Shown: piece by piece, positions 37,325-46,745 of the stretch
Position numbering within the stretch: the stretch's first letter is position 1
How the letters are laid out: the number at the start of each line of letters is the position of its first letter
Assembly (NCBI GenBank): GCA_965223325.1
Contig: CBDCWI010000002.1
Span: 768,001 to 832,000, forward strand
Length of the DNA: 64,000 bases
Direction: 5' to 3'
DNA from: Candidatus Multivoradales bacterium
GTDB lineage: Bacteria > Acidobacteriota > Thermoanaerobaculia > Multivoradales > Multivoraceae
Notes under the pieces: model-generated
What the model saw: only the letters and a program-made list of their open reading frames with translations
Database searches by the model: none
Told to the model about the DNA's origin: nothing
Program-made: the position numbers and the translations under genes

Positions 37325-39016
37325 ATGCCAAAAAGACTCCTCCGCTCACATCCAGTCTTCGACCAGGTCGCCACACTCGTCGCCCTCGCCCTCCTCTTCT
37401 CGTTCCTGCAGCTCGGCTGCCGCGAGAAGACCGAAGAGCCTCTACCGGTCCTGGTCGAGGTACCGCCACCGGAGGGCACGCCGCGCCTGGTCCTGTGGCT
37501 GGTGGTCGACCAGGTGCGAGGGGACTACTTCGACCGCTTCGGCCCGGTTCTCGAGGGCGGGCTGGCGCGACTGGCAGCAGAGGGTGCCCATTTCATCGAC
37601 GCGCATCACTACCACTCTGCAACCGTCACCGGTGCCGGCCACGCGACGTTGTCGACCGGCGCGCTACCGCGCAACCACGGCGTCGTGGGCAACGGTTGGT
37701 GGGACCGCAGCAGCAGGAAAGAGTGGTACACGGTCGAGGACGAGGAGTTCGGCCGCGCCCCCACCACGCTCGAAAGCTCGACCCTGGGTGACTTCTTGAA
37801 AGCAAAATACCCGAGCTCCAAGGTCTTCGGCATCGGCGGCAAGGACCGCTCGGCCATCCTCTCGGGCGGCCGCGAGGCCGACGGTGCGTGGTGGTACGAC
37901 AGCCGGACGGGTGGCTATCAGACCAGCGAGTACTACCCGGTCCAGAAACCGCAATGGCTCGAGGAGTTCCACGATCGCCACCTCGCCGATCAATGGTTCA
38001 GCAAGCCCTGGACGCCCCTCTTGTCGATCGAAGAGCTCGCGGATCGCGGCATCGGCGGGATCGAAGCCGTCGATCGCGGCCCCTTCACCACGACCTTTCC
38101 GCACGTCCTCGGTGGCCTCGACATGCAGCCCGAACGCAGCTACTACGCGGGGGTCTACGGCTCACCGTTCATCGATGAGTTGACCATCGAGCTCGCCAAA
38201 GCGCTCATCGAAGGTGAGAATCTCGGCGGCGACGAATACCCCGACATCCTCGCCGTCACGCTTTCGGCAACCGACGCGGTGGGCCACCGCTACGGTCCCG
38301 ACAGCCCCGAGTTGGTCGACTCCTTCATGCGCACCGACCGAGCAATCGGCGGATTGCTCGCTTATGTCGACCGGGTCGTGGGACTCGATCAGACCATCGT
38401 CATGATGAGCTCTGATCACGGCGTCGGGCGGATTCCAGAGCTGGTGGCCAAAGAAGGAGGCGACGGCAAGCGCGCCGGCACCGCCGAGATCACTTGCTTC
38501 CAGCAGGTCGGAAAACAGCTCGAGGAGCGCTTTGGGCCCGAGGACTGGTTCCCATTCGGCCTTTACCTGGATCGTGACCTGGTTGCCGAGAAGGGCCTCG
38601 ACCTGGGCGAAGTCAGAGCGTTCGCCGCCGCTCTCCTCGAACGCTGTCCGCGCATCGACCGCGTGCTGCTCTCTTCGGAGCTGCAGCAGGAGTCCTCACC
38701 CGACCCGATCGTGCAGCTCTTCCAGAACAGCTACCACCGCGAGCGCAGCGCCGACCTTTCGATCGTCGCCGCACGCGACACGTTGTTTACTTCTTCGGTG
38801 GCTGCTAGTCACGGTTCACCGTGGGAGTACGACACCCACGTGCCGATCATCCTTCGTGCCCCTGGTATTCGATCGGGACGCATTGCCGATCGCGTCCACA
38901 CCATCGATGTCGCGCCAACGGTCGCTTCGATGTTGGGCCTCGACGCTGCCATCAAGATGGACGGCAAAGACCGCACGGAGCTCCTGGGCATCGCCCCAAC
39001 GGTCGCCGAAGAGTGA
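37325..39016 (+). CDS. Alkaline phosphatase family (PafA/PhoK-like) lipoprotein
   Basis: Lipobox QLGC; VVDQVRGD, Thr nucleophile TVTGAGHATLSTG, KDRSAI, DAVGH, SSDHG, HGSPW. Confidence 0.9.
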   Translation: MPKRLLRSHPVFDQVATLVALALLFSFLQLGCREKTEEPLPVLVEVPPPEGTPRLVLWLVVDQVRGDYFDRFGPVLEGGLARLAAEGAHFIDAHHYHSATVTGAGHATLSTGALPRNHGVVGNGWWDRSSRKEWYTVEDEEFGRAPTTLESSTLGDFLKAKYPSSKVFGIGGKDRSAILSGGREADGAWWYDSRTGGYQTSEYYPVQKPQWLEEFHDRHLADQWFSKPWTPLLSIEELADRGIGGIEAVDRGPFTTTFPHVLGGLDMQPERSYYAGVYGSPFIDELTIELAKALIEGENLGGDEYPDILAVTLSATDAVGHRYGPDSPELVDSFMRTDRAIGGLLAYVDRVVGLDQTIVMMSSDHGVGRIPELVAKEGGDGKRAGTAEITCFQQVGKQLEERFGPEDWFPFGLYLDRDLVAEKGLDLGEVRAFAAALLERCPRIDRVLLSSELQQESSPDPIVQLFQNSYHRERSADLSIVAARDTLFTSSVAASHGSPWEYDTHVPIILRAPGIRSGRIADRVHTIDVAPTVASMLGLDAAIKMDGKDRTELLGIAPTVAEE

Positions 39017-39066
39017 GTCCGGCAAGGCTCTGGGCAAGGGCTCTGGGCCGTGGCGAGGGGTGACGC

Positions 39067-41910
39067 TCAGGGGTAATAGCCGGCCGGTGCCGTCACCCGC
39101 ACACCGTCCCGCAGAACGCGCAGCGTGACCGGGCGGAAGCCCTCGTCCTCGCCGACGGTGACCTGCCAGGTGACCAGGTAGCGCGAGCGTAGTTCGGCAA
39201 TGATCTCACCGTAGACGCCATCAAGCTCGGCTACGTCTTTGACAAACCAGCTCCGGCCACCGGTCTCGCGCGCCAGCTGTTCGATCAAGGACGCCGCCTG
39301 GGGACTGCGTTTGAGCCCCTTCAGACCAATCGGAAAGATGGTCACTCCGGAGCGCCGCGCAAACTCGAGCGTCTCTTCCCAGGTGGTCTGGCTATCGACA
39401 TCTTTACCGTCGGTGAGGAGCAAGAGCGCACGCTGGCCGCGCATGCCGCGGAACTGGTAGAGGGCGTAGAGCACCGCGTCGTAGAAGGCGGTGCCCTGCC
39501 CCGCCGACAGATAGCGCAGGCCCTTTCGCATCTCCTCGAGGTCGCTGGTGAAGTCGACCCGCAGTTGCGGTCGCTCATGAAACGTCACCACCGACACCCG
39601 GTCCTTTGGGCGCACCGCGTCTTCGAAAAACTTGAGCGCCACGGTGCGCATCTCGTCGAGTCGATCCTGCATCGAGCCCGACGTGTCGAGCAGTACCGAA
39701 AGATGGAGCGGTAGGTCTTCTGTCTGCTCGAGGCGTAGCGGCTCGTGAGTCTCGGCGGCGTCCTGGATGGTGATCTCATGACGGCTCAGATCTCGGACCG
39801 GGCGGCCACCCGACTCGGCACGCAGCGCCATCTCGACGAGATGAATGCGCAAGCGCTCGGTCTCGCCGGGGACGTTGACCAGCACCGCATCTTCAGTGAG
39901 GTTGCCGTCATCGAGATAGGCCACCACGCGCAGCAGGGTGGCTTCGTTGCCGAGCGTCAGGCGGTGTTCGAAGGGCTCCTGGTAGAGCGTCGCCAGGAGA
40001 GAATCGTCGCGATAGATCTCGACCCGGTCGAGGGTTGGTTCGCCGTTCTCCGGGTCGTCTCCACTCGCACGGCTCTCGCCACCCCGCGTGGGACCCTCGG
40101 GCACCGCGACAAGTGCGCGCAGGTTGAGCGCCCCGCTCACCGTCATCCCTGACTCGGGTTCGATCACCCGCACCGAAAAGCGACGCTTACCCTGGTTGAC
40201 TTCGAGTCGATCGCGCGCGATCTCAGCGCCACTCTGGTCGTAGGCCACCGCTTCGACCACATGCGGTCGCGGCACCGCGCCAAGCGCCAGCTCGACGCTC
40301 CAGGGCGCCCGCGAGCGCCTTAGGGTCTCCGCTCCGTCGAGCTCGAAGCCGACCTTCGCCACTTGCCCCTCACCCTCGCCGCCGACCTCGGCAGTGAAGC
40401 GTTGGTAGCCGGTCAGCACTTCGGCGGTTGGACGCTCGAGGGTGATGCGAACGCCGCCGGCCACGAGGTCGGCGCGCGCCTTTTCGACATCTTTGATCTC
40501 GGCGCTGGTGATTTCCTCTTCGGCTTCACGCCGCGGCACGTCGAGGTCACGCTCGACCCGCATCTGGCGCCCACTGGTCACGTCTTTGAGCCGCACCCGC
40601 AGGGAATACTGCCCGGGCCGCAAGTAGCGCCGGAAAACGAGGGGTAGCTGGAACTCGGCGGTGTCGCCAGGTATCTCGGTGGTCGGAATCTCGAAGCGAT
40701 AGCGAAAATCCTCATGTTGGACCAGCTCGCCATCGCCAGCCGGGCTCTGGCGAAGCACCTGGCCGTTGACTTCGAAGCGGTAGGCAATCTCGGGCTGTTC
40801 GACCTCGGACGCTTCCGCTATGGGAACCATGAAGGTGCCCTCGACGATCGTCTGGCTCAAACGCCGGCCAGGAAAGCTGAACTCGAGCTCGGCGGGCAGC
40901 GGCTCGCCTGTCCCTCTAAGGTCAGTCGACCGGCTCTCCCAGTCGTCGAGCCACTCCTTCTGGTTCTCACCTCGGCGCACATCCGGTGACGCGGCGGTCA
41001 TCAGCTCGGTAGCGAATGGCTTGACCCGTTGCTGGGCTACTGCCTCCAGCAGGAGGTGCGCGAAGTCGACCTCGCCGCGACACGAGTTCATCATCATCTC
41101 GAAGAGACCAAAGAGGCGCTCGGGGGTGGGGCTCACGTCGTCGATGTCACTGAGGCCGAAAGCCGTTGCCTGCCCTGGCCGGCCCTGCGGCACTTCTCCC
41201 GGAAAGGTGCCCAGACCTGGACTGTCAGGCCCACCGGGTAACCCCGGGCGAGACGGTCCTCCGACAGGGGTGCCCCCCGGCCGGCCCTCCCGGCCGCCCT
41301 CGAGCCACCGACGCACCGCCTCGAGCCGCTCCAGGTCGCTGAGCGGCAGGATCTGAAGAGGGTTCTCAGCCAGCCATTGCGGATCATCGAGAGCTGTCCA
41401 CAGGCGATAGCGGCCGGTGCGACCGGTATCGACGAAGACCGCAACCACCCGACCGAATCGATCGGCATCCGGCCACACCCACACCTCGACTGGCCATAGA
41501 AGCGAAAAGCACGGGTCTTCCCTCTTGCTCGCTGGATCACCCTGGTTGAGATAGGCCACCGCCCGCGGCTCGAGGAGAATCGGGTCATCCCAACGCTCAC
41601 GCGCTTCTTCCCAGCGCGCCAGCCAGAGCTCACGAAACTCGTTACGGCTGGTGCCCGGGCTGGGATCGAGTGACTTCCAGAAGGCCACGATGAACTCGTC
41701 GCGTTCGAAGTCCTCGTCAAGCTTGTTCCAGGCGCGTTTCGTCTTCTTGTCGAAGAGCGGGTCCGCGATTTCGAGAAACTCCTCGAAACGCGGCGCGAGC
41801 TTGCCAGCTTCCTGGGCCTGGAGAGGGGCGCTGGTTGTGGCCATGGACACCGCACACCAGGCTGCAACGGTCGCGGCAAGTGTTGTTCCGATCAAGGAGC
41901 GTCGCGGCAT
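39067..41910 (-). CDS. Secreted GWxTD-like + Ig-like + VWA domain protein
   Basis: Signal peptide; FIVAFWKSLDPSPGTSRNEFR (GWxTD-family); C-terminal VWA MIDAS LLDTSGSM, TAFYDA, LLTDG, ETGG. Confidence 0.85.
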   Translation of the reverse strand: MPRRSLIGTTLAATVAAWCAVSMATTSAPLQAQEAGKLAPRFEEFLEIADPLFDKKTKRAWNKLDEDFERDEFIVAFWKSLDPSPGTSRNEFRELWLARWEEARERWDDPILLEPRAVAYLNQGDPASKREDPCFSLLWPVEVWVWPDADRFGRVVAVFVDTGRTGRYRLWTALDDPQWLAENPLQILPLSDLERLEAVRRWLEGGREGRPGGTPVGGPSRPGLPGGPDSPGLGTFPGEVPQGRPGQATAFGLSDIDDVSPTPERLFGLFEMMMNSCRGEVDFAHLLLEAVAQQRVKPFATELMTAASPDVRRGENQKEWLDDWESRSTDLRGTGEPLPAELEFSFPGRRLSQTIVEGTFMVPIAEASEVEQPEIAYRFEVNGQVLRQSPAGDGELVQHEDFRYRFEIPTTEIPGDTAEFQLPLVFRRYLRPGQYSLRVRLKDVTSGRQMRVERDLDVPRREAEEEITSAEIKDVEKARADLVAGGVRITLERPTAEVLTGYQRFTAEVGGEGEGQVAKVGFELDGAETLRRSRAPWSVELALGAVPRPHVVEAVAYDQSGAEIARDRLEVNQGKRRFSVRVIEPESGMTVSGALNLRALVAVPEGPTRGGESRASGDDPENGEPTLDRVEIYRDDSLLATLYQEPFEHRLTLGNEATLLRVVAYLDDGNLTEDAVLVNVPGETERLRIHLVEMALRAESGGRPVRDLSRHEITIQDAAETHEPLRLEQTEDLPLHLSVLLDTSGSMQDRLDEMRTVALKFFEDAVRPKDRVSVVTFHERPQLRVDFTSDLEEMRKGLRYLSAGQGTAFYDAVLYALYQFRGMRGQRALLLLTDGKDVDSQTTWEETLEFARRSGVTIFPIGLKGLKRSPQAASLIEQLARETGGRSWFVKDVAELDGVYGEIIAELRSRYLVTWQVTVGEDEGFRPVTLRVLRDGVRVTAPAGYYP

Positions 41911-42119
41911 CTTGGGCCCTCTTTTCGTACCGTTTTCGCAAAGGCGAAAGGTTGAAACTGAGCTGGTCGTCTTTCGAACTGGAGAGTCTGCGTCCTGGAA
42001 CCACCGAATCCTGCCGGAGATTCCCATGCGGAGTCTCATTGCACGCTCGAAAGATGCTAGCCGGTCAATCCTTCCACCGACGGAAGACGAGCCGTAGCGT
42101 GGCGCGGCAGAACCACCTC

Positions 42120-43004
42120 TCAGAGCAACCGCAAACCGAGCTCGTGGGCGAGTGTCCTGCGTTGCGGCTGGAGCTCACGGATCTCGCGCAGGTTGGCCAG
42201 GAGTCCCTGGAGTACGACCCGCTCGCGTTCATCCTCTGCAAGGGCTCGCTCGAGAGCTCGAATCGTCTGGCCGACCTCGTCGGCGACCGGCTCTTCCATC
42301 TCCCTGGCAGCCTCCGCCATCTCGACGAGCGCCTGGTCGATCCTCCCTTCACGCGCCTTCTCCATCTTCTGCTCGATATCGCCGGTAGAGGGAAGGGCAC
42401 CCGGCTCGAGGACGGGCAGGACACCCCCATTGGCAAGATGGCTCACCAATGCTTCGGCCAGGCCGACAACGAAGTCGGCCACCCGCTCGCCGTCGACCTC
42501 GATCCCTTCGAGCACAGCGTAGGTGTAGTACTCGTTGAGCGCGCCGTTGACCGACACCGCCAGATCTGAGGTGAAGCGAGAGTCAAGCTCGGGAAACGCC
42601 TGTTCGAGAAAGGTCTCCTGCAGAAGCTGCCAGTCGACGCGCATCTTTTGAGCCATGAGAGTGAGGCCCTCGTCGATCTCGACTCCGGCATCACGGACAT
42701 AGATCTCGAAGAGTTGACGGTGGGCCCGCGCACCTTCGAACTGAAAGCGAAACTGCTCGCGCAGCTTGTCGCGCGGGGCCACGTCCTGCTGGTCGAGGAT
42801 CGCGCGCGCCTCCTCGATCACCTCGCACGCCAGGTCGTCGAGTAGACCGATCATGACGTCGGTCTTTGAGCGGAAGTGGAGGTAGACCGCTCCCTTCGAG
42901 ATACCAGCCGCATCGGCGAGCTGCTGGATCGTCGTACCGACGAAGCCCTGGCTCAGAAAAAGGTCCTGAGCGGCCGCGAGGAGTTGCTGACGAGTTTCAG
43001 TCAC
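42120..43004 (-). CDS. TetR/AcrR family transcriptional regulator
   Basis: N-terminal HTH AAQDLFLSQGFVGTTIQQLADAAGISKGAVYLHFRSK. Confidence 0.93.
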   Translation of the reverse strand: MTETRQQLLAAAQDLFLSQGFVGTTIQQLADAAGISKGAVYLHFRSKTDVMIGLLDDLACEVIEEARAILDQQDVAPRDKLREQFRFQFEGARAHRQLFEIYVRDAGVEIDEGLTLMAQKMRVDWQLLQETFLEQAFPELDSRFTSDLAVSVNGALNEYYTYAVLEGIEVDGERVADFVVGLAEALVSHLANGGVLPVLEPGALPSTGDIEQKMEKAREGRIDQALVEMAEAAREMEEPVADEVGQTIRALERALAEDERERVVLQGLLANLREIRELQPQRRTLAHELGLRLL

Positions 43005-43022
43005 CGGCTCATCATAAGTGAA

Positions 43023-43098
43023 TGACCCCTAGGGTCACCGAAGATCCTGACCCATAGTGCAGATGATTGCGTGACCCATACTATTGACCACCTGGTCA
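43023..43098. promoter_or_regulatory. TetR operator array
   Basis: Palindromes TGACCC-cta-GGGTCA (43023-43037) and TGACCA-cc-TGGTCA (43085-43098); direct half-sites TGACCCATA at 43048 and 43072; lies between divergent tetR and ABC genes. Confidence 0.75.
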
Positions 43099-43134
43099 TT
43101 TCATGCAACAATCCCCGGTCACAGGAGAACGATC

Positions 43135-44907
43135 ATGCTCGAAGCCCTCGCCCCGCTCCGCCGGCTGCTGGCCCGGACACCGATGCCCTATCTATTGCTG
43201 GGCACCTGCACTCTCTTCGCCGTAGTCGAGACTGGAGTCGGCCTGTGGGTCCCGCTGCTGGTGCGTGAGCTCCTCGAAGCGGCCGCCTCGGGAACCGTCC
43301 CGAGGTCCCAGGTCCTCCTGATTGGCGGGGCGATCCTCGCCGAGGCCGCAGCGGGAGCCGTGACGCTCTATCTGCTGGCCAGGGCAGGCGAGAGAGTCAC
43401 AGCGTTCCTCCGCAACCGACTGGTGCACCGCCTGCTTCGCCTACCGATGAAGTTTCACGACGATCGTCAGTCAGGGGAGTTGGTCAGTCGGGCGATGAGC
43501 GACACCACTTCGGTCCAGAGCCTTCTCACCGACCACTCGATCGCGCTCGTCGCAGGCGTTCTGGCGATGACCGGCGCTACCGTGATCCTCTGGTTTCTCG
43601 ACTGGCGCCTCACCCTCGTCCTCTTCTCAACCTCGCTCCTCGGGGTCCTGCTGGTCGTACCGATCGCAGTTCGACTGCACGCAGTCGGCGTCGCCACGCA
43701 GGACGAGCTCGGATCCTGGAGCGGCAGGCTTGCTGCCGTGCTCGGCGAAATGCGCCTCGTCAAGTCAACCTGCGCCGAAGCGCAAGAAGAAGAGCGGGCT
43801 GCCACCGCGATTGATCGTCTGCGCCAACTCGGTCTGCGCGAAGCACGCATTCTCGCCGTTCTCGGGCCTACTGTGACCCTCGGCATCAGCGGTGCACTGG
43901 TCGTGATTCTCGGCTACGGAGGCGCTCGCGTAGCGAGCGGCGAACTCACCGTCGGCACCCTTGTTGCCTTCATCCTTTACCTTTTCCAGATCGTGATGCC
44001 GATGGTGCAGATGTCGACCTTCGTCGCTGCGCTGAGCAAGGCTGGAGGGGCCGCAGCGCATCTGAGCGCGCTCCTTGACGAGCCTCTCGAAGAGCCCGGG
44101 GGGGACCGCCCGCTGCCGAGAGGGGGCGCGCGCGCAATCCGCTTCGATGGGGTGACTCACAGCTACGACGCCGAGCAGCCTGTCCTCCACGACTTCAACC
44201 TCGAGATTCCGGCCGGGAAAGTCACCGCGCTCGTTGGCCCCAGTGGAGGCGGCAAAACCACCGTGCTGGCCCTCGTCGAGAGGTTCTATGAGCCCGAGGC
44301 TGGAACCATCCGCCTCGGCGACATCGCGATCGGCGACTTTGCGCTCGAAGAGTGGCGGCGCGCCATCGGCTACGTCGCACAGGAAGCACCGCTCCTTGCC
44401 GGCACCTTGCACGACAACCTGTGCATCGGGCTCGAGAGCGAGCCCAGTCAACGCCACATCGAGGAGGCTCTCACTGCGGCGCGCGCTAGCCAATTCGTAG
44501 GCGAACTGGCCGACGGGCTCGCAACCGAAGTCGGCGAGCGCGGTGTCAAGCTCTCGGGCGGGCAGCGCCAACGTATCGCCATCGCGCGCGCGTTTCTCAG
44601 CGACCCGCAGCTCTTGATCCTCGACGAGGCAACCGCCAACCTCGACTCCGAGTCTGAGCTCGGCGTGCGTGAAGCGCTACGCGAGCTCATGCGGGGGCGC
44701 ACCACAATCGTGGTCGCACATCGTCTTGCAACGGTGGTCGACGCCGATCAGATCGCGGTGGTGGAAGACGGAAGGGTCACAGCCACCGGTACCCATCGCA
44801 CGCTCCTTGAACAGCACGAGACCTATCGCCAACTGGTCGAAGGTCAGAAACTCGGCTTCGCCCACCAGAGTCCGGTTCAGGGGGGCGGCCTGCAAGCCAC
44901 GGTGTGA
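43135..44907 (+). CDS. ABC exporter, fused permease/ATPase (multidrug-type)
   Basis: RBS AGGAG; 6 TMs; Walker A GPSGGGKT, LSGGQRQR, ILDEATA, VAHRL. Confidence 0.95.
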   Translation: MLEALAPLRRLLARTPMPYLLLGTCTLFAVVETGVGLWVPLLVRELLEAAASGTVPRSQVLLIGGAILAEAAAGAVTLYLLARAGERVTAFLRNRLVHRLLRLPMKFHDDRQSGELVSRAMSDTTSVQSLLTDHSIALVAGVLAMTGATVILWFLDWRLTLVLFSTSLLGVLLVVPIAVRLHAVGVATQDELGSWSGRLAAVLGEMRLVKSTCAEAQEEERAATAIDRLRQLGLREARILAVLGPTVTLGISGALVVILGYGGARVASGELTVGTLVAFILYLFQIVMPMVQMSTFVAALSKAGGAAAHLSALLDEPLEEPGGDRPLPRGGARAIRFDGVTHSYDAEQPVLHDFNLEIPAGKVTALVGPSGGGKTTVLALVERFYEPEAGTIRLGDIAIGDFALEEWRRAIGYVAQEAPLLAGTLHDNLCIGLESEPSQRHIEEALTAARASQFVGELADGLATEVGERGVKLSGGQRQRIAIARAFLSDPQLLILDEATANLDSESELGVREALRELMRGRTTIVVAHRLATVVDADQIAVVEDGRVTATGTHRTLLEQHETYRQLVEGQKLGFAHQSPVQGGGLQATV

Positions 44908-44975
44908 CCCTCTGGCCAACCACCACTCGGATCGGCACGCCGGCTTCCTCAAGAGCGTGCTAGCTTGCCTTTTCG

Positions 44976-46694
44976 ATGCCCTTTTGTCTCCTCTCCAGAA
45001 ACCCTGGGCCGGTGCTCTCGCCACCGTTCGTGCCCTGGTTCGTGGTGGCGATCGCCGTCGCTCTCGCAATCGTCCTCGCTACCTGCACACCGGAACCCGA
45101 CGGCCCGCCGAACGTGGTGATCGTCTCGATCGACACCCTGCGTCTGGACAGTCTGGGCTTTACCGGCGCGGGCGTCGCCGAGGGCTACGCGGCAGAGACC
45201 CCGAACATCGACCGGCTGGTCGAATCGGGAGTCTGGTTTGAACAAGCCATCGCTCCCATTCCGCGCACAACGCCCGCGCTGGCGTCGATGCTCACCGGCC
45301 TTTACCCCTGGCGTCACGGTAGTCGTGAGGTCGGCGACCCGGCGACCGCCGGCACTCTACTCAGTGAACGGTTGCGAGACGCCGGCTACACGACCCTGGC
45401 GGTGAGCGCCAATCAGTCGGCCGGCCCCAAACAGAACCTCGCCGTAGGGTTCGAACACTTCGTCGACGGAGTACAGCTCAAGGAGCGCTATGCCGGCCGT
45501 CTCTATCGCGATCGCGAGGACGTACCGAGCACCGGGGTCGGCTGGGCTGAGGCCACCACCGATGAAGCGCTCGAGCTGGTAGCCGAAGCGCCAACCGACA
45601 GGCCACTCTTTCTGTGGACCTTCTATTTCGACCCGCACTTCTTCTACCGGCCACCCTCGCCCTTTCAAGACGGTGTCGAAGCCCAGGCCTGTTGGCAGAT
45701 GACGGAGCGCCTGGTCCGCGGCGAGATCACCTGCGCCGAGATCATCGACGACGTCTACGGCGAAGCCACCGAGGCCATGCCCGGTTGTCGGCGTCTCTAC
45801 CAGGCAGAGGTCAACTACACCGACGCCCAGATCGGTCGCCTGTTGGATGGTCTCGAAAGAGTGGGGCGCCGGGACAACACGATCTTCGTCTTCACCGCCG
45901 ACCACGGGGAGAACATCGGCGAAGCCGGCCTGTTCTACGAACACGGCGAGAACGTCCATGACGTCGCCATTCGCGTACCCCTGGTGTTCGCCGGGCCGGG
46001 GATTGCGCGTGGCCGCCGAGATTCCGCGAGCGCAGGCTTGATCGACGTCTTGCCCACGGTGCTCGAACTGCTCGGTCTCGAACCCAAGGACGATCTCGAC
46101 GGGGAGTCGCTCGCGAGTCGGCTGAGGGTTGGAGATGTCGCCACCCCGGGCTCTTCTGCCTCCCGGCCTATGTTCGCCGAAAGCGCCACCGGTTTCTGCC
46201 GCAACTCGTCTCGAATTCTGGGCAGCGGCCGCCTCGGCGGTCGCGCTTGCATTCACGGCAAACGCTACAGCTACTGTCGCAACCCGTCGGCTCGTGGTGC
46301 CTCCTCCTCGTCCGACCGCATCCTTGTCGAGCTCTACGACCACCAGGAAGATCCCCTGCAGACCAACAACCTCGCCGGCCAGTTACCAGAAGTCGAAGCG
46401 CACATGCAGGAGGCCTTCGAGCGCTGGCCTCCCGAGAACGCCCGCCAACGGACGCTCCGCCAACCACCGTTCAAGCTCGTCCAGACTCCCCTTTTCGAGG
46501 GCGGCTACGCTACTCATCTCTTCGATCTGGGCGCCGACGGCGAAGAGCGAGACATCGGCGAACGGCAACCAGACCTGACCGAGAAGCTGATGACCGAACT
46601 CGAAGAGTTCGCGAGCCTCGCGGCTCCAGTGACCCGAACGGAGACCGACCCGGAGACCACCCGCATGCTCGAGGCGTTGGGATACATCCAATAG
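44976..46694 (+). CDS. Sulfatase-like protein (alkaline phosphatase superfamily), Thr at the nucleophile position
   Basis: SIDTLRLD, PRTTPALASMLTG, FDPH, TADHGE, EHG, RVPL; C-terminal LEALGYIQ; possible lipobox LATC. Confidence 0.85.
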   Translation: MPFCLLSRNPGPVLSPPFVPWFVVAIAVALAIVLATCTPEPDGPPNVVIVSIDTLRLDSLGFTGAGVAEGYAAETPNIDRLVESGVWFEQAIAPIPRTTPALASMLTGLYPWRHGSREVGDPATAGTLLSERLRDAGYTTLAVSANQSAGPKQNLAVGFEHFVDGVQLKERYAGRLYRDREDVPSTGVGWAEATTDEALELVAEAPTDRPLFLWTFYFDPHFFYRPPSPFQDGVEAQACWQMTERLVRGEITCAEIIDDVYGEATEAMPGCRRLYQAEVNYTDAQIGRLLDGLERVGRRDNTIFVFTADHGENIGEAGLFYEHGENVHDVAIRVPLVFAGPGIARGRRDSASAGLIDVLPTVLELLGLEPKDDLDGESLASRLRVGDVATPGSSASRPMFAESATGFCRNSSRILGSGRLGGRACIHGKRYSYCRNPSARGASSSSDRILVELYDHQEDPLQTNNLAGQLPEVEAHMQEAFERWPPENARQRTLRQPPFKLVQTPLFEGGYATHLFDLGADGEERDIGERQPDLTEKLMTELEEFASLAAPVTRTETDPETTRMLEALGYIQ

Positions 46695-46745
46695 GCCCGC
46701 ACCAGAACCACGCGCCACCAAGAAGGCGTCGCGGCGCTCAGCCCG

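Noticed and set aside
39021-39048. Short duplication GGCAAG(G)GCTCTG x2 between convergent genes
   Set aside because: Only two units and no other copy seen; probably local slippage.
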